DNA of 33,368 nt from an uncultured Gammaproteobacteria bacterium (GCA_964541725.1 CAZIQG010000001.1:1-33368), one strand, 5' to 3'; shown: positions 1-8,858, counted from the first letter of the stretch. Notes: a model not told the origin generated them from the letters alone. A program made the numbers and translations.

Positions 1-2
1 CG

Positions 3-596
3 CGTGGTCAGGTGCAGATCCGCTGCGATTGCGAGCGAGCGAAGCCGGAAGGCTCCAAGCTCCTGCAAGAGATCAGGGCGATCCGCGACGCTACGCTCTC
101 CACCGTCGCACCCCCGACCAGTCCCTGGTATGAGGTCGTCGAGGTCTCCATCGGAAGAGCGGTAGCGGTACGCATGTCCGTCCACGGCCCCTCAGAACGG
201 GTTGTCCTCCTCTTTTTTCGCGATAACTTCCGTGCAGGAGACTCCTCCGTGTCCCATGTCTGGCAGCGCCGCAAGGCAGCCATCCTGGGACGCCAAGAAG
301 ACGCCTGCAAAAAGAAGTGCGGGCAACCTGGAGTGAACCTCCTCAGGCTCAAGCTTAAACTCCATCCGATACGACGCACTTGGGAGTGTCAGAGCCCGCT
401 CAACGAGCGAGTGACATGTGTCATCGCCCCCGGTTACCCTATCAAGGGCGAAGGCTGGTATTACTGCCAACCGCTCACCAATCAAAGCGGTGGGAGCGAG
501 TGGAGGATCCTGGTCGAGCCGATCCATCCGGTTCCTTCCCGTCATCAGCCTCGTCAAGGTTCCGCCCCCGGAAAGACCCCCTATCGTCTGTTCTGA
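3..596 (+). CDS. hypothetical protein, 5' end outside the window (coding strand uncertain)
   Basis: This is the longest frame in 1-600: GTG at 12, open back to base 3, TGA at 594-596. Third codon positions are visibly G/C-rich, which favours this strand over the antisense ORFs 8-379 and 192-557. No recognisable motif. Confidence 0.3.
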   Translation, partial: RGQVQIRCDCERAKPEGSKLLQEIRAIRDATLSTVAPPTSPWYEVVEVSIGRAVAVRMSVHGPSERVVLLFFRDNFRAGDSSVSHVWQRRKAAILGRQEDACKKKCGQPGVNLLRLKLKLHPIRRTWECQSPLNERVTCVIAPGYPIKGEGWYYCQPLTNQSGGSEWRILVEPIHPVPSRHQPRQGSAPGKTPYRLF

Positions 597-721
597 AACG
601 CTAGTAAAAATCTTTTCAACTTCTTTTTTATCTCCGGCGACTCCCTAGGTTTCGCCCGTATCCCTAAATTTCTTTCTCCCTCTCAAGGAGATTTAGTCGA
701 TGCGCTTTCCTCTCACCCCCC

Positions 722-750
722 TTGATTTTTCCCTCATTTTCTGCTAAGGT
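722..750 (+). promoter_or_regulatory. candidate sigma70-type promoter of rnpB
   Basis: TTGATT (722-727), 17-nt spacer, TAAGGT (745-750). The predicted start at about 757-758 coincides with the first paired base of rnpB P1. Confidence 0.35.
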
Positions 751-757
751 TCGATTA

Positions 758-1222
758 GGTAAGGCAGATGACCGCGCTGACGCAAGTCGGTGAGGAAAGT
801 CCGAGCCCCCTTTGTTCCGCAAGGAACATCGTCGTGAGAGCAGTTAACGGCTGCCGGGTATACTCAGAACGAACGGACACGTGCCGAACGTTCTGATAAG
901 CCTAGGGAAAGTGCCACAGAGACAATACTAATCGGGCGTAAGCTCGGTGAAAGGTGAAAAGTACTTCGAGGTCACTATCTCCTTCGGGAGCAATGGTTCG
1001 GCCACGTCGTTCCTCCGTTGGTAACAGCGGAGTGTGGTAAACCCTCTCTGGTGCAAGAGCAAGTCCGCGAGAAGGCAGTTGCTATGAAGTAATTCAGCAC
1101 AACCGTTTTTTCAAGGAATGGTCGCTCGCTAGAGCGTCGCAGCGATGCGGCGTCGAGAGAGATGGTCGTCAATTCTGGCTTCGGTCAGGAAAACAAAACT
1201 CGGCTTATAGCCTTGCCTACCC
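758..1222 (+). ncRNA. rnpB: RNase P RNA, bacterial type A
   Basis: GAGGAAAGTCCGAGC at 792-806 is the P4 5' strand and ACAAAACTCGGCTTAT at 1193-1208 is the P4 3' strand (CCGAG pairs with CTCGG). Other type-A blocks are present: GGGAAAGTGCCACAGAGACAA, GGTGAAAGGTGAAAAG, and GGTAACAGC...GGTAAACCC...GCAAG. P1 closes 758-766 with 1214-1221. Confidence 0.88.
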
Positions 1223-1226
1223 ATAC

Positions 1227-1253
1227 AAAAACATCCCTAATCGGGATGTTTTT
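1227..1253. terminator. bidirectional hairpin terminator between rnpB and trpS
   Basis: AAAAACATCCC / loop TAATC / GGGATGTTTTT. An A-run and a T-run flank the stem, so it can serve both convergent units. Confidence 0.6.
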
Positions 1254-1256
1254 GTT

Positions 1257-2285
1257 CTATCTCCCCAACCCCACCCGATCCCTCACTAATTTCATCTTTT
1301 GACTGGCTATCTCATGTGCGCGGTTCCGTCCCGTATTCAATACGCGCGTAAGTTCTGCTGGATCTTGTAAGTAGGAATGGATCTTCTTGGAAATCGGTTC
1401 AATTTCTGACACGACGAGTTCTGCAAGCGCTTTCTTAAAATCCCCATACCCTTTCCCCGCAAACTCCGTTTCAATTTCCTCCAGTGTCTTTCCAGATAAT
1501 TGATGATAGATCGTCACTAAGTTCGCCACCGCCGGTTTCTTCTCAATATCAAAGGTGACACCAGGTTCTGTATCCGTCACCGCCTTCATAATCTTTTTGC
1601 GAATCGTATCCGCATTATCCGTGAGCGTAATCTTGCTCAGCTCAGACACATCGCTCTTACTCATCTTCTTACTCGCGTCCTGCAAACTCATGATGCGCGC
1701 GCCATGTTTCTGGACGTAGATCTCCGGCAGCGTAAACGTAGGTCCGAAGTGATGGTTAAAGCGATCTGCCAAATCCCGTGCCAATTCAATGTGTTGCATT
1801 TGGTCATCGCCAACGGGCACCACCGTCGTGTCGTATAAGAGAATATCCGCCGCCATCAGTACTGGATAGCTAAACAATCCAAGTCCTACCTTGTCGCCAT
1901 ACTTCTGCGACTTGTCTTTGTATTGCGTCATCCGCTCCATCTGCCCAATCTTGGCGATTGTACTCAAGATCCAAGATAGCTCCGTATGCTCCGGCACCTC
2001 ACTTTGTACATAGATCGTCGATCGCTCCGGGTTCACCCCAATCGCCAGATACGTCGCCGCTGCTTCCAAGATATTCTTGCGCAGCTCCGCTGGTTCCTGC
2101 GGCACCGTAATCGCATGCAAATCCACAATACAAAACAAACATGGATAACGATGCTGCAGCTCAATCCACTGCTTCAACGCCCCAATATAGTTACCAATAT
2201 GGAGTCCACTCGTCGGCTGCACCCCAGAAAAGACAAGATCTTGCATATGCTCCGAATGGTAGCGAGACAGTTCAATTTCGTCCAC
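1257..2285 (-). CDS. trpS: tryptophan--tRNA ligase
   Basis: HIGN (HIGH-type) motif in GLHIGNYIGAL and a KMSKS motif; the length is typical of a class I TrpRS. The start is GTG at 2285, with an alternative ATG at 2246 (MQDLVFSG...). Confidence 0.95.
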   Translation of the reverse strand: MDEIELSRYHSEHMQDLVFSGVQPTSGLHIGNYIGALKQWIELQHRYPCLFCIVDLHAITVPQEPAELRKNILEAAATYLAIGVNPERSTIYVQSEVPEHTELSWILSTIAKIGQMERMTQYKDKSQKYGDKVGLGLFSYPVLMAADILLYDTTVVPVGDDQMQHIELARDLADRFNHHFGPTFTLPEIYVQKHGARIMSLQDASKKMSKSDVSELSKITLTDNADTIRKKIMKAVTDTEPGVTFDIEKKPAVANLVTIYHQLSGKTLEEIETEFAGKGYGDFKKALAELVVSEIEPISKKIHSYLQDPAELTRVLNTGRNRAHEIASQKMKLVRDRVGLGR

Positions 2286-2327
2286 CGAACCTTGACAAAG
2301 CGGATATTATGTGGAACGGGGTAGAGA

Positions 2328-2770
2328 ATGGAAAAAGATTTTGATCTTTGGAGCGGTAAGAAAAAGCGCCTGCATAATTCGCCGCGTGTAGGGGATTATT
2401 CTATTATCAGCGAGAGATATGGTGGTGCTCAATAGGGGTCAATATTGGCGTAGAAAGTGATGGGAAAAACAGCTCTTTTGAGCGGCCTGTTTTGATCATA
2501 AAGAAGTTTAACAAAGAGATGTTTCGGGGCGTTCCTATGACGTCAAAGTCCAGGCCCAGCAGCCCTTTTTTCTTTGAGATTAACGAAGGGGGAATTAATT
2601 CATGGGCGATCCTTTCCCAGCTAAAAACGTATAGTTCAAGAAGACTGCTTCGCAAGATTAGTACGATTCAGCGAGCTGCGTTCTCAGAGGTTTTAAAAAG
2701 GCTATGCTTGCTTATAACAATCGAACCTCCTTCCCAGGGGAAAGAGGTTCTCGGAGGCCGAAGCCCTTAA
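2328..2770 (+). pseudogene. MazF/PemK-like toxin gene interrupted by a 1-nt frameshift (or homopolymer sequencing error)
   Basis: Frame A starts at ATG 2328 (MEKDFDLWSGKKKRLHNSPRVG...) and stops at 2433-2435. Frame B is open from 2378 and continues GLFYYQREIWWCSIGVNIGVESDGKNSSFERPVLIIKKFNKEMFRGVPMTSK...WAILSQLKTYSSRRLLRKI to TAA 2768-2770. The two parts join only with a 1-nt shift at or near the GGGG run at 2391-2394. Confidence 0.65.
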
Positions 2771-2897
2771 TAATTCATTAATAGCATGAGCTATTGATAA
2801 GGGTCAAGTCACAGGTATTTTTGCAAAAAATACATTCCTTTTTAATGCACCAATTTGCCATTGATGCGTTCAAGAGGATCCCCGTCTGGACTGAGTA

Positions 2898-3464
2898 TCA
2901 GTCTTTGGACAGGGGAAAGGGAGGGGGTGGAGAAGACGGGGTGGGAGGCGTGTAGGTTCGCCATTCGAGAAGACCGGGGATTTGAGGTCTCCTGCAGCCA
3001 TGGGAGACTTCGGCTACCTGTTCCGGAGTGTAGCAGATCCTAAAGCGCTCCGGTTCCGTCTGCGGATTAGAATCACCTGTAATCAGGATAACCACACGTA
3101 CCACACCGCGCATATCGAGACATCGACGCAGCAATTCCATGCTTCGCCCAGCATCACCCGACCACGTCCAGGAACTGCAGAAACACATACAGGGAACTTT
3201 ATTCGGTGGATTGCTAAGAATGTACAGAACCTCATTTTCTACGTACATAGGAATGTTCTTATCCCTCTTGAGACGGAAGAGGTCGTACACAGCCATGAAG
3301 ACATCTTTCACGGCCTTCGCCTCCTTCGCTACCGTTTCCGCCTTCTTCAAATCAGCTCGAGCCTGGTCGCACACCGCCCTCGCTGCGGCAACGATCTCGT
3401 TCGACGCCATGATCCGCGCGTCGATCTCGGCCATCGTATAGATCTTCTTCGCGTTCGTGTCCAT
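2898..3464 (-). CDS. hypothetical protein (orphan X)
   Basis: ATG at 3464 is preceded by GAGGAG with a 7-nt spacer. The 188-aa product has an A/K/E-rich, coiled-coil-like N-terminus and a Pro-rich C-terminal tail. No domain recognised. Confidence 0.6.
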   Translation of the reverse strand: MDTNAKKIYTMAEIDARIMASNEIVAAARAVCDQARADLKKAETVAKEAKAVKDVFMAVYDLFRLKRDKNIPMYVENEVLYILSNPPNKVPCMCFCSSWTWSGDAGRSMELLRRCLDMRGVVRVVILITGDSNPQTEPERFRICYTPEQVAEVSHGCRRPQIPGLLEWRTYTPPTPSSPPPPFPLSKD

Positions 3465-3643
3465 GATCGATCTCCTCGCGACTGTCCTTGCTGGCGATGG
3501 AACCCATTCCCATCATCCAACGTTCAAGAATACCACAAAAAACCCATATTGTCAGTTATAAATGCCAAATTAATATTGATATTTATCTTAAATTATGCTA
3601 ATATTAGATATATAAATATATTGACGATAATTTTTGACAACAT

Positions 3644-4414
3644 ATGAATGTCGAACAGCGTTTGCAAGATATGGGTCTTTCCGAGCAGGAAGCAGCCATC
3701 TATCTCGTTCTTTTAAAGACTGGTGGCTTGCCTGCCAGTCTCGCCGCAAAAGAGGTGGGTCTACGTCGCACCACCGCCTATGCCATCCTAAAATGCCTCG
3801 CCCAAAAAGGCTTTGTCGAAGTGTTTATAAAGCGCGGACGACAAATCTTCATCGCCGAAAAACCGCAGCAGATCGCGGGCTATTTTGAAAAGAAGCTCAA
3901 AGCCTTTACCGAGGGCATCCCTCTCTTTGAATCTCTTGAGAAAAAACACATCCAAACCACCGGCGTCCGTTTTATCGAAACCGTCGACGAATTAAAACGC
4001 TTCTACACCGGCATCCTTCGCGAATATCGCAATAAATCCTACGCCGCCATGGGCAACAGCAACGCCTGGCAGGGGTTAGATCCAACTTTCTTTATCCAAT
4101 TCCGCAAAGACCGCGCTGCCGCTGGCATCCATACACGCATCCTTCTCTCCAGTGATTCGCATGAGACAAACCCAAAAGAACACAATCTCTTACGCGAAGT
4201 AAAATTCCTCCCTGCCAAGTATCTCTTCAGAAGCACCATCGATATTTTCGACGACAAAGTCCTGATCATAAGTCCCGACCAAAGCTCCTTGGCCATCGTC
4301 ATCGCCGTACCAGCGATGGTAGACATCTTCCGTTCAACGTTTGATATGATTTGGGATGTTACTTTAACGTCACAATCTTCCCGCTCCCCCACACAACTTC
4401 AAAAATCTGCTTAA
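3644..4414 (+). CDS. TrmB-family transcriptional regulator
   Basis: N-terminal TrmB-type winged HTH (GLSEQEAAIYLVLLKTGGLPASLAAKEVGLRRTTAYAILKCLAQKGFV) and a family-typical length of about 250 aa. No SD. Confidence 0.85.
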   Translation: MNVEQRLQDMGLSEQEAAIYLVLLKTGGLPASLAAKEVGLRRTTAYAILKCLAQKGFVEVFIKRGRQIFIAEKPQQIAGYFEKKLKAFTEGIPLFESLEKKHIQTTGVRFIETVDELKRFYTGILREYRNKSYAAMGNSNAWQGLDPTFFIQFRKDRAAAGIHTRILLSSDSHETNPKEHNLLREVKFLPAKYLFRSTIDIFDDKVLIISPDQSSLAIVIAVPAMVDIFRSTFDMIWDVTLTSQSSRSPTQLQKSA

Positions 4415-5099
4415 GCACACTCGTAATATCGCGCGACTCAATCTCCATGCCGAACACCTGTCGAAAATCCACAATATATACGCGATTACCGTACAGTCCA
4501 ATCTCAACATTTGAATGGTACAGATCCTGCGGAAGTAAGCGTGTCTCACGCAATTCGCCTTTATCACGTTTTTGTAGCATGACATTCTCCGGCGAAACCT
4601 CCGCAATCATCCGTAAAAAATTCCCACGAGCTACACGCTGAGGCACATGCTCTTTTAATAGGTTTAGCTGTTCCTTCGAAACGAAGCTTGGCGTAGTGAA
4701 TAATTCAATATTTCCTTTGTGTAGCAACATATGCTCGTACACCTGCTTCACCCCACTGACTCCCTCATAATAAAACACACTCGGTTTTTCCGTCGGAGTG
4801 TTCGTAATCGCCTTAAAGCGGGGGAGGGCCTGCTTCAATTGTTCGAGGCGTCGCTCTTGGATTTTCAAAAGTTCATCGGGATCCAAAGCAAGAAAGAGTT
4901 GTTTTCGTCCTCGTTTCACTTGCTTGATGAGTTCCAGCTCCAACAACTTTGGCAGCACGTCATAAAAATTCGTCCGCTGAATCCCAGCTTTTGAAGCAAT
5001 TTCTTGTGCGGAGGCTTCCCCTAGCTCAAGCATCGCTAAATAGATGTGCGCTTCTTTGGTTTTGAGGCCGAAGGATTCGAGGACATGGGTGAGTTCCAT
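4359..5099 (-). CDS. TrmB-family transcriptional regulator (paralog)
   Basis: N-terminal wHTH (GLKTKEAHIYLAMLELGEASAQEIASKAGIQRTNFYDVLPKLLELELI). Its 3' end overlaps the convergent TrmB gene by 56 nt (4359-4414). Confidence 0.85.
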   Translation of the reverse strand: MELTHVLESFGLKTKEAHIYLAMLELGEASAQEIASKAGIQRTNFYDVLPKLLELELIKQVKRGRKQLFLALDPDELLKIQERRLEQLKQALPRFKAITNTPTEKPSVFYYEGVSGVKQVYEHMLLHKGNIELFTTPSFVSKEQLNLLKEHVPQRVARGNFLRMIAEVSPENVMLQKRDKGELRETRLLPQDLYHSNVEIGLYGNRVYIVDFRQVFGMEIESRDITSVLKQIFEVVWGSGKIVTLK

Positions 5100-5344
5100 A
5101 GGGTACTTTTATTTCGTGATCCCTCACTCTATCGAATTGCGTTCGGAGTGACGGGTAGCGGGGAAGAAGAAAAATAATGTAGGAAAATTTCTACAACAGA
5201 ATAATAGTATATTTTGCTAAAATAAGCAAATAGTAGGACTTATATTATATTTCGTAAAGTAAATACTACACAAGTAAGTCATTTTAATATATTTTAGTAT
5301 GTCGACCAATCAAAAACGGTCGATAACAAAAGAAGGAGAACGAC

Positions 5345-6175
5345 ATGCGTATTCCATCGATGGAAGTAAGCAAGCGTGAGATGACAGCATTTTACGAGAG
5401 GTTTCTTCGATTCGGGGGCAGCGCTGCCAGGTTCAAGAAGCTCATGAGCGATGATGAGCTCATGAAGTGGTGGATGGAACGGTTTACGGAACGTTTTATC
5501 GTCCATGACGTATTCTCGAGGGTCGATACCGTACTCGCCTCTTTCAAGGAGCGGTGCGCCATGAAGGGGATCGATTTGAATCAATTCGTCTGGTGTAGCT
5601 CTGAAACGCCTCCGGAATTTGATCCGGACGATGATCAGATGGTAGTGGTTTTGGAGGCTACCCTCGATACTCTACAGCACACCTTCGACTTCTCATTCGA
5701 GTGGCTCGTGGATCAACATCCCGACTGGCGAGGTATGCTGAGCATGAACAGCGATTCTCGCCACCTCTCCCTCGTAAATCCGGAGCCTTACCGCTCGCCT
5801 TCTCATCACCGCGCCAAGGAACCCCCCGCGATCATTCGGCCGGTGAGTAAATTCAGCCCGTATACGTTGCGTTGGGTACGTATGCAACTTAACGCGAACG
5901 CAGGGAAACTGATCTCTCGTATGCCCTCTCGTGAACATGCTCCTGGTTGTGCGGTGCTTTTTATGGCGGCTGAGCACCCGACGTGGGTGAGAGATGTCGC
6001 GCACCCGAAGCGTCTGGGGCTCTGGCTCCCTGGTCTGCACGGCTACGGTCAGAGCAGAAGTAGTTCAGATGTTCCGTGTCTGCGCTTCGCGTATGGACAG
6101 GCGGACATTAAGCTTTACCTTAAGTCTCCCGTGACCCGTCACCCGAATCTGCTCATTCCAGCCTTTCTTCCCTAA
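5345..6175 (+). CDS. hypothetical protein (orphan Y)
   Basis: ATG at 5345 has AAGGAG (5333-5338) 6 nt upstream. 276 aa, no motif recognised. Confidence 0.6.
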   Translation: MRIPSMEVSKREMTAFYERFLRFGGSAARFKKLMSDDELMKWWMERFTERFIVHDVFSRVDTVLASFKERCAMKGIDLNQFVWCSSETPPEFDPDDDQMVVVLEATLDTLQHTFDFSFEWLVDQHPDWRGMLSMNSDSRHLSLVNPEPYRSPSHHRAKEPPAIIRPVSKFSPYTLRWVRMQLNANAGKLISRMPSREHAPGCAVLFMAAEHPTWVRDVAHPKRLGLWLPGLHGYGQSRSSSDVPCLRFAYGQADIKLYLKSPVTRHPNLLIPAFLP

Positions 6176-6322
6176 ATAAGAGGGAATGTGACCTCAGCGT
6201 CGCGTGCTCTCGAAATCTTATTTTCAGGAGTCAGCATCATCTGATAGCTCCTTCCGCTTCTGCTCGTTTAGTCTTTAAACGAGCATCTCCCCGAGGACAT
6301 AAGGTGTCTTCAGGAGGATATG

Positions 6323-6348
6323 AAAAACGAGCCATCAGGCTCGTTTTT
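6323..6348. terminator. bidirectional hairpin terminator (orphan Y / rnj)
   Basis: AAAAACGAGCC / loop ATCA / GGCTCGTTTTT, lying between the convergent stops at 6175 and 6353. Confidence 0.65.
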
Positions 6349-6352
6349 CTCT

Positions 6353-8461
6353 TTACACCTCTATGATGACAGGAATCACCATCGGCCGCTGTTCCGTCTT
6401 GATGAAGAGGAATTCACCTAATTCATCACGCAACTTGTCTTTGAGGTACGTTCCATTTGGAGACGAGACCTTCGGGTCAGGCGACGCGCTCTTCAAGATC
6501 GCATTGGCTTTCTGACGTGCCTGCATGATGAGTTCTTGGTGCTCCTTCATGTAGACGAAGCCGCGAGAGATGACGTCTGGCAAGGCTTGTGGGACACCCG
6601 TTTTGCCATCGATGACAGCCACCGCGATCACCACACCTTCACTAGAAAGTTGTTGACGATCACGTAGAACAATCTGATTCGTGTTACCGACACCGAGACC
6701 ATCCACGAACACATAGTCCGTTGAGATCTTCTTGTTGGTCAACATGCCGTTGCCATGGATATCAAATTCCATGATCTGGCCGTTGTCGGCGATGAAGATA
6801 TTCTTTTCATTAAAGCCATTCTCGACCGCCGTTTTGGCATGGTCACACAAGAACGAGTAATGTCCTTCAATCGGAATCAAATACTTCGGCTTAATCATGT
6901 CATGCATCTCTTTCAAATCTTCCTGCTGCGCATGACCACCCGCGTGCACGTCCATCATCTTGTAATGGATGACTTCTGCGCCTTCGCGGTAAAGCGTGTC
7001 TTTCACGCGTTGCACCGAACGTTCGTTGCCAGGAATGACGGAGGATGAGAACACGACCGTATCTCCAGGTTCAATCGAGATAATTGGATGTTCGCGGTTT
7101 GCGATGCGCATGAGCGCTGCACGTTCTTCGCCTTGGGCACCCGTACAAATGACAGCCGTTTTTTCACGGTCATATTTATGGATGTCTTTAGTTTCGATCA
7201 GTGTGCCTTTTTGGATATCCATGTAGCCCAATTGTTGAGCGATCATGATGTTGGAACGCATCGAGAACCCTTCAATAGCGACCTTACGGTGCTGGCGTTC
7301 ACAGGCTTTGATAATTTGTTGAACGCGCGCGATCATAGACGCAAACGTCCCGATAATTACGCGACCTTTGGAGTTGGCAATGATCTCATCAATGTTATTT
7401 TGAATGTCGATTTCTGGTAATTGTTTTCCGGGTTTAGACGCATTCGTCGAGTCACACATGAGCGCCAAGACATTGCGGTTGGCCAGGTTCTTAATCTTTT
7501 CCGTTTCCTGGATCGATTGCGAGCCAGGCCCAGGATCAAGTTTAAAGTCACCCGTGTGCACAATGATTCCACAAGGTGTGTTAATAATCACACCCATGGA
7601 AGAGGGGACAGAGTGGGCGACGCCAAAGAATTCGACTTTGAAGGCGCCGAGTTGCAACACGTCATCGTACGTTACCGAGTACAAATTCAACGCGGGTGCA
7701 TTGCGATGGTCTTCCTGACGTTTTTGGATAATGCCGCAGGTAAGATCCGTGCCGAAGACAGGCGGATTGCCTAATTGAGGGATAAGATGAGGGACGCCAC
7801 CGATGTGATCGTAGTGGGCATGCGTAATAATCACGCCACGGATGTTCTTTTCTTTACCTTTCAAGCAAGAAATATTTGGAACGATATAATCAACGCCCGG
7901 CATGTCATCATCTGGAAATTGGAGACCCATGTCGATGAGCAAAATATCATTGCCGAATTCGAGCATGGTCATGTTGCGGCCAACTTCTTCGTTGCCACCT
8001 AAGACCGTAATCTTAAGGCGCTGACTTTCCTTGTGGAGCATATCTTCATCCACACCCGTTTTGCGAAAGGGTTTGTGTTTGAAGGTACTCATACGAGGGG
8101 CAGAGGCAAAGGCACCTCCCATCGAAGGACCGCGTTTAGCGTGCGCTGGAGCGCGACGATTCACTTCGTGTGAATCGCTTGTGCCACGCTCTTCTTTGGC
8201 GAAGCCTTGTTTGAGCGAGCCGCGTGTATCAAAATTCGCGCCACGTGGAGCGGTTGGAGTGGGCGTCGTCGGACGTGGACGAAAATCACCGGCCGGTTTG
8301 GCAAACACGACACCCGTTTTTACAGGCGCGTCAATGCGTGGACGTTTTGGCCCATGGCTACGCATTGGACGTCGGAATGAGGAAGAAGGAGGGCGGGAAG
8401 GCGGAGTGCTGCCACCGCGAAAGCCACCAGATGGAGCTGGGGTAGGATGTGCAGGGGTCAT
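6353..8461 (-). CDS. rnj: ribonuclease J with an Arg/Pro/Gly-rich N-terminal extension
   Basis: Metallo-beta-lactamase motif THAHYDHIGG and a body of beta-CASP length. The catalytic core starts at LKITVLGGNEEVGRNM (about aa 149). An alternative start at ATG 8041 (MLHKESQRLKITVLGG) would remove the extension. Confidence 0.9.
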   Translation of the reverse strand: MTPAHPTPAPSGGFRGGSTPPSRPPSSSFRRPMRSHGPKRPRIDAPVKTGVVFAKPAGDFRPRPTTPTPTAPRGANFDTRGSLKQGFAKEERGTSDSHEVNRRAPAHAKRGPSMGGAFASAPRMSTFKHKPFRKTGVDEDMLHKESQRLKITVLGGNEEVGRNMTMLEFGNDILLIDMGLQFPDDDMPGVDYIVPNISCLKGKEKNIRGVIITHAHYDHIGGVPHLIPQLGNPPVFGTDLTCGIIQKRQEDHRNAPALNLYSVTYDDVLQLGAFKVEFFGVAHSVPSSMGVIINTPCGIIVHTGDFKLDPGPGSQSIQETEKIKNLANRNVLALMCDSTNASKPGKQLPEIDIQNNIDEIIANSKGRVIIGTFASMIARVQQIIKACERQHRKVAIEGFSMRSNIMIAQQLGYMDIQKGTLIETKDIHKYDREKTAVICTGAQGEERAALMRIANREHPIISIEPGDTVVFSSSVIPGNERSVQRVKDTLYREGAEVIHYKMMDVHAGGHAQQEDLKEMHDMIKPKYLIPIEGHYSFLCDHAKTAVENGFNEKNIFIADNGQIMEFDIHGNGMLTNKKISTDYVFVDGLGVGNTNQIVLRDRQQLSSEGVVIAVAVIDGKTGVPQALPDVISRGFVYMKEHQELIMQARQKANAILKSASPDPKVSSPNGTYLKDKLRDELGEFLFIKTEQRPMVIPVIIEV

Positions 8462-8627
8462 AATTTTTTTAGAGAAAGAAGCAATTCATCAATGGCATGA
8501 CAGGAGCGGATCGCGGATTGTCCGATGCAGGCAAAAACACGCACGCAGTCATTGATATGAATGCTAAAGAGAAAACAGAATAGATTTAGCAGAAGATGTT
8601 CCCGTTCGGATCAAGAGGAGACATCAG

Positions 8628-8650
8628 AAAAAGATGAAACGCATCTTTTT
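8628..8650. terminator. weak A/T-flanked hairpin in the rnj upstream region
   Basis: AAAAAGATG / loop AAACG / CATCTTTTT. It is symmetric, so it could act on either strand. The stem has few G:C pairs. Confidence 0.3.
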
Positions 8651-8858
8651 GAGAAACGGATTTGGCGGAGTACCTCCCTCCAAATACGTAACACGGTCTG
8701 TCACGACTTTCGCTCAACCTAGCCAAGAAAGCAAGATCACACGAAAGGCGTCCAACACGAAACTCACATTTATAATAGCATAAATAGCCAAATACGTCAA
8801 CTTCTTGACCCGCCGGGTAGGATACGGCATGATCACACCTGTTCGTGCTGCTAGAGTA

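Noticed and set aside
700-747. 15-codon ORF (MRFPLTPLDFSLIFC) with AAGGAG 9 nt upstream
   Set aside because: It overlaps the predicted rnpB promoter and is too short to support. The SD match may be fortuitous in a pyrimidine/purine-skewed spacer.
975-1172. 65-aa minus-strand ORF
   Set aside because: It lies entirely inside the RNase P RNA gene and is an artefact of a structured RNA region.
6320-6424. 34-codon ORF after AGGAGG
   Set aside because: The spacer to the ATG is only about 2 nt. The ORF reads through the terminator hairpin and runs antisense to the rnj 3' end.
8714-8830. 38-codon minus-strand ORF encoding a hydrophobic peptide (MPYPTRRVKKLTYLAIYAIINVSFVLDAFRVILLSWLG), with the 8628-8650 hairpin downstream; possible small membrane peptide or type I toxin
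   Set aside because: It is too short to distinguish from chance without conservation or expression data, and its SD-like AGGTG is weak.
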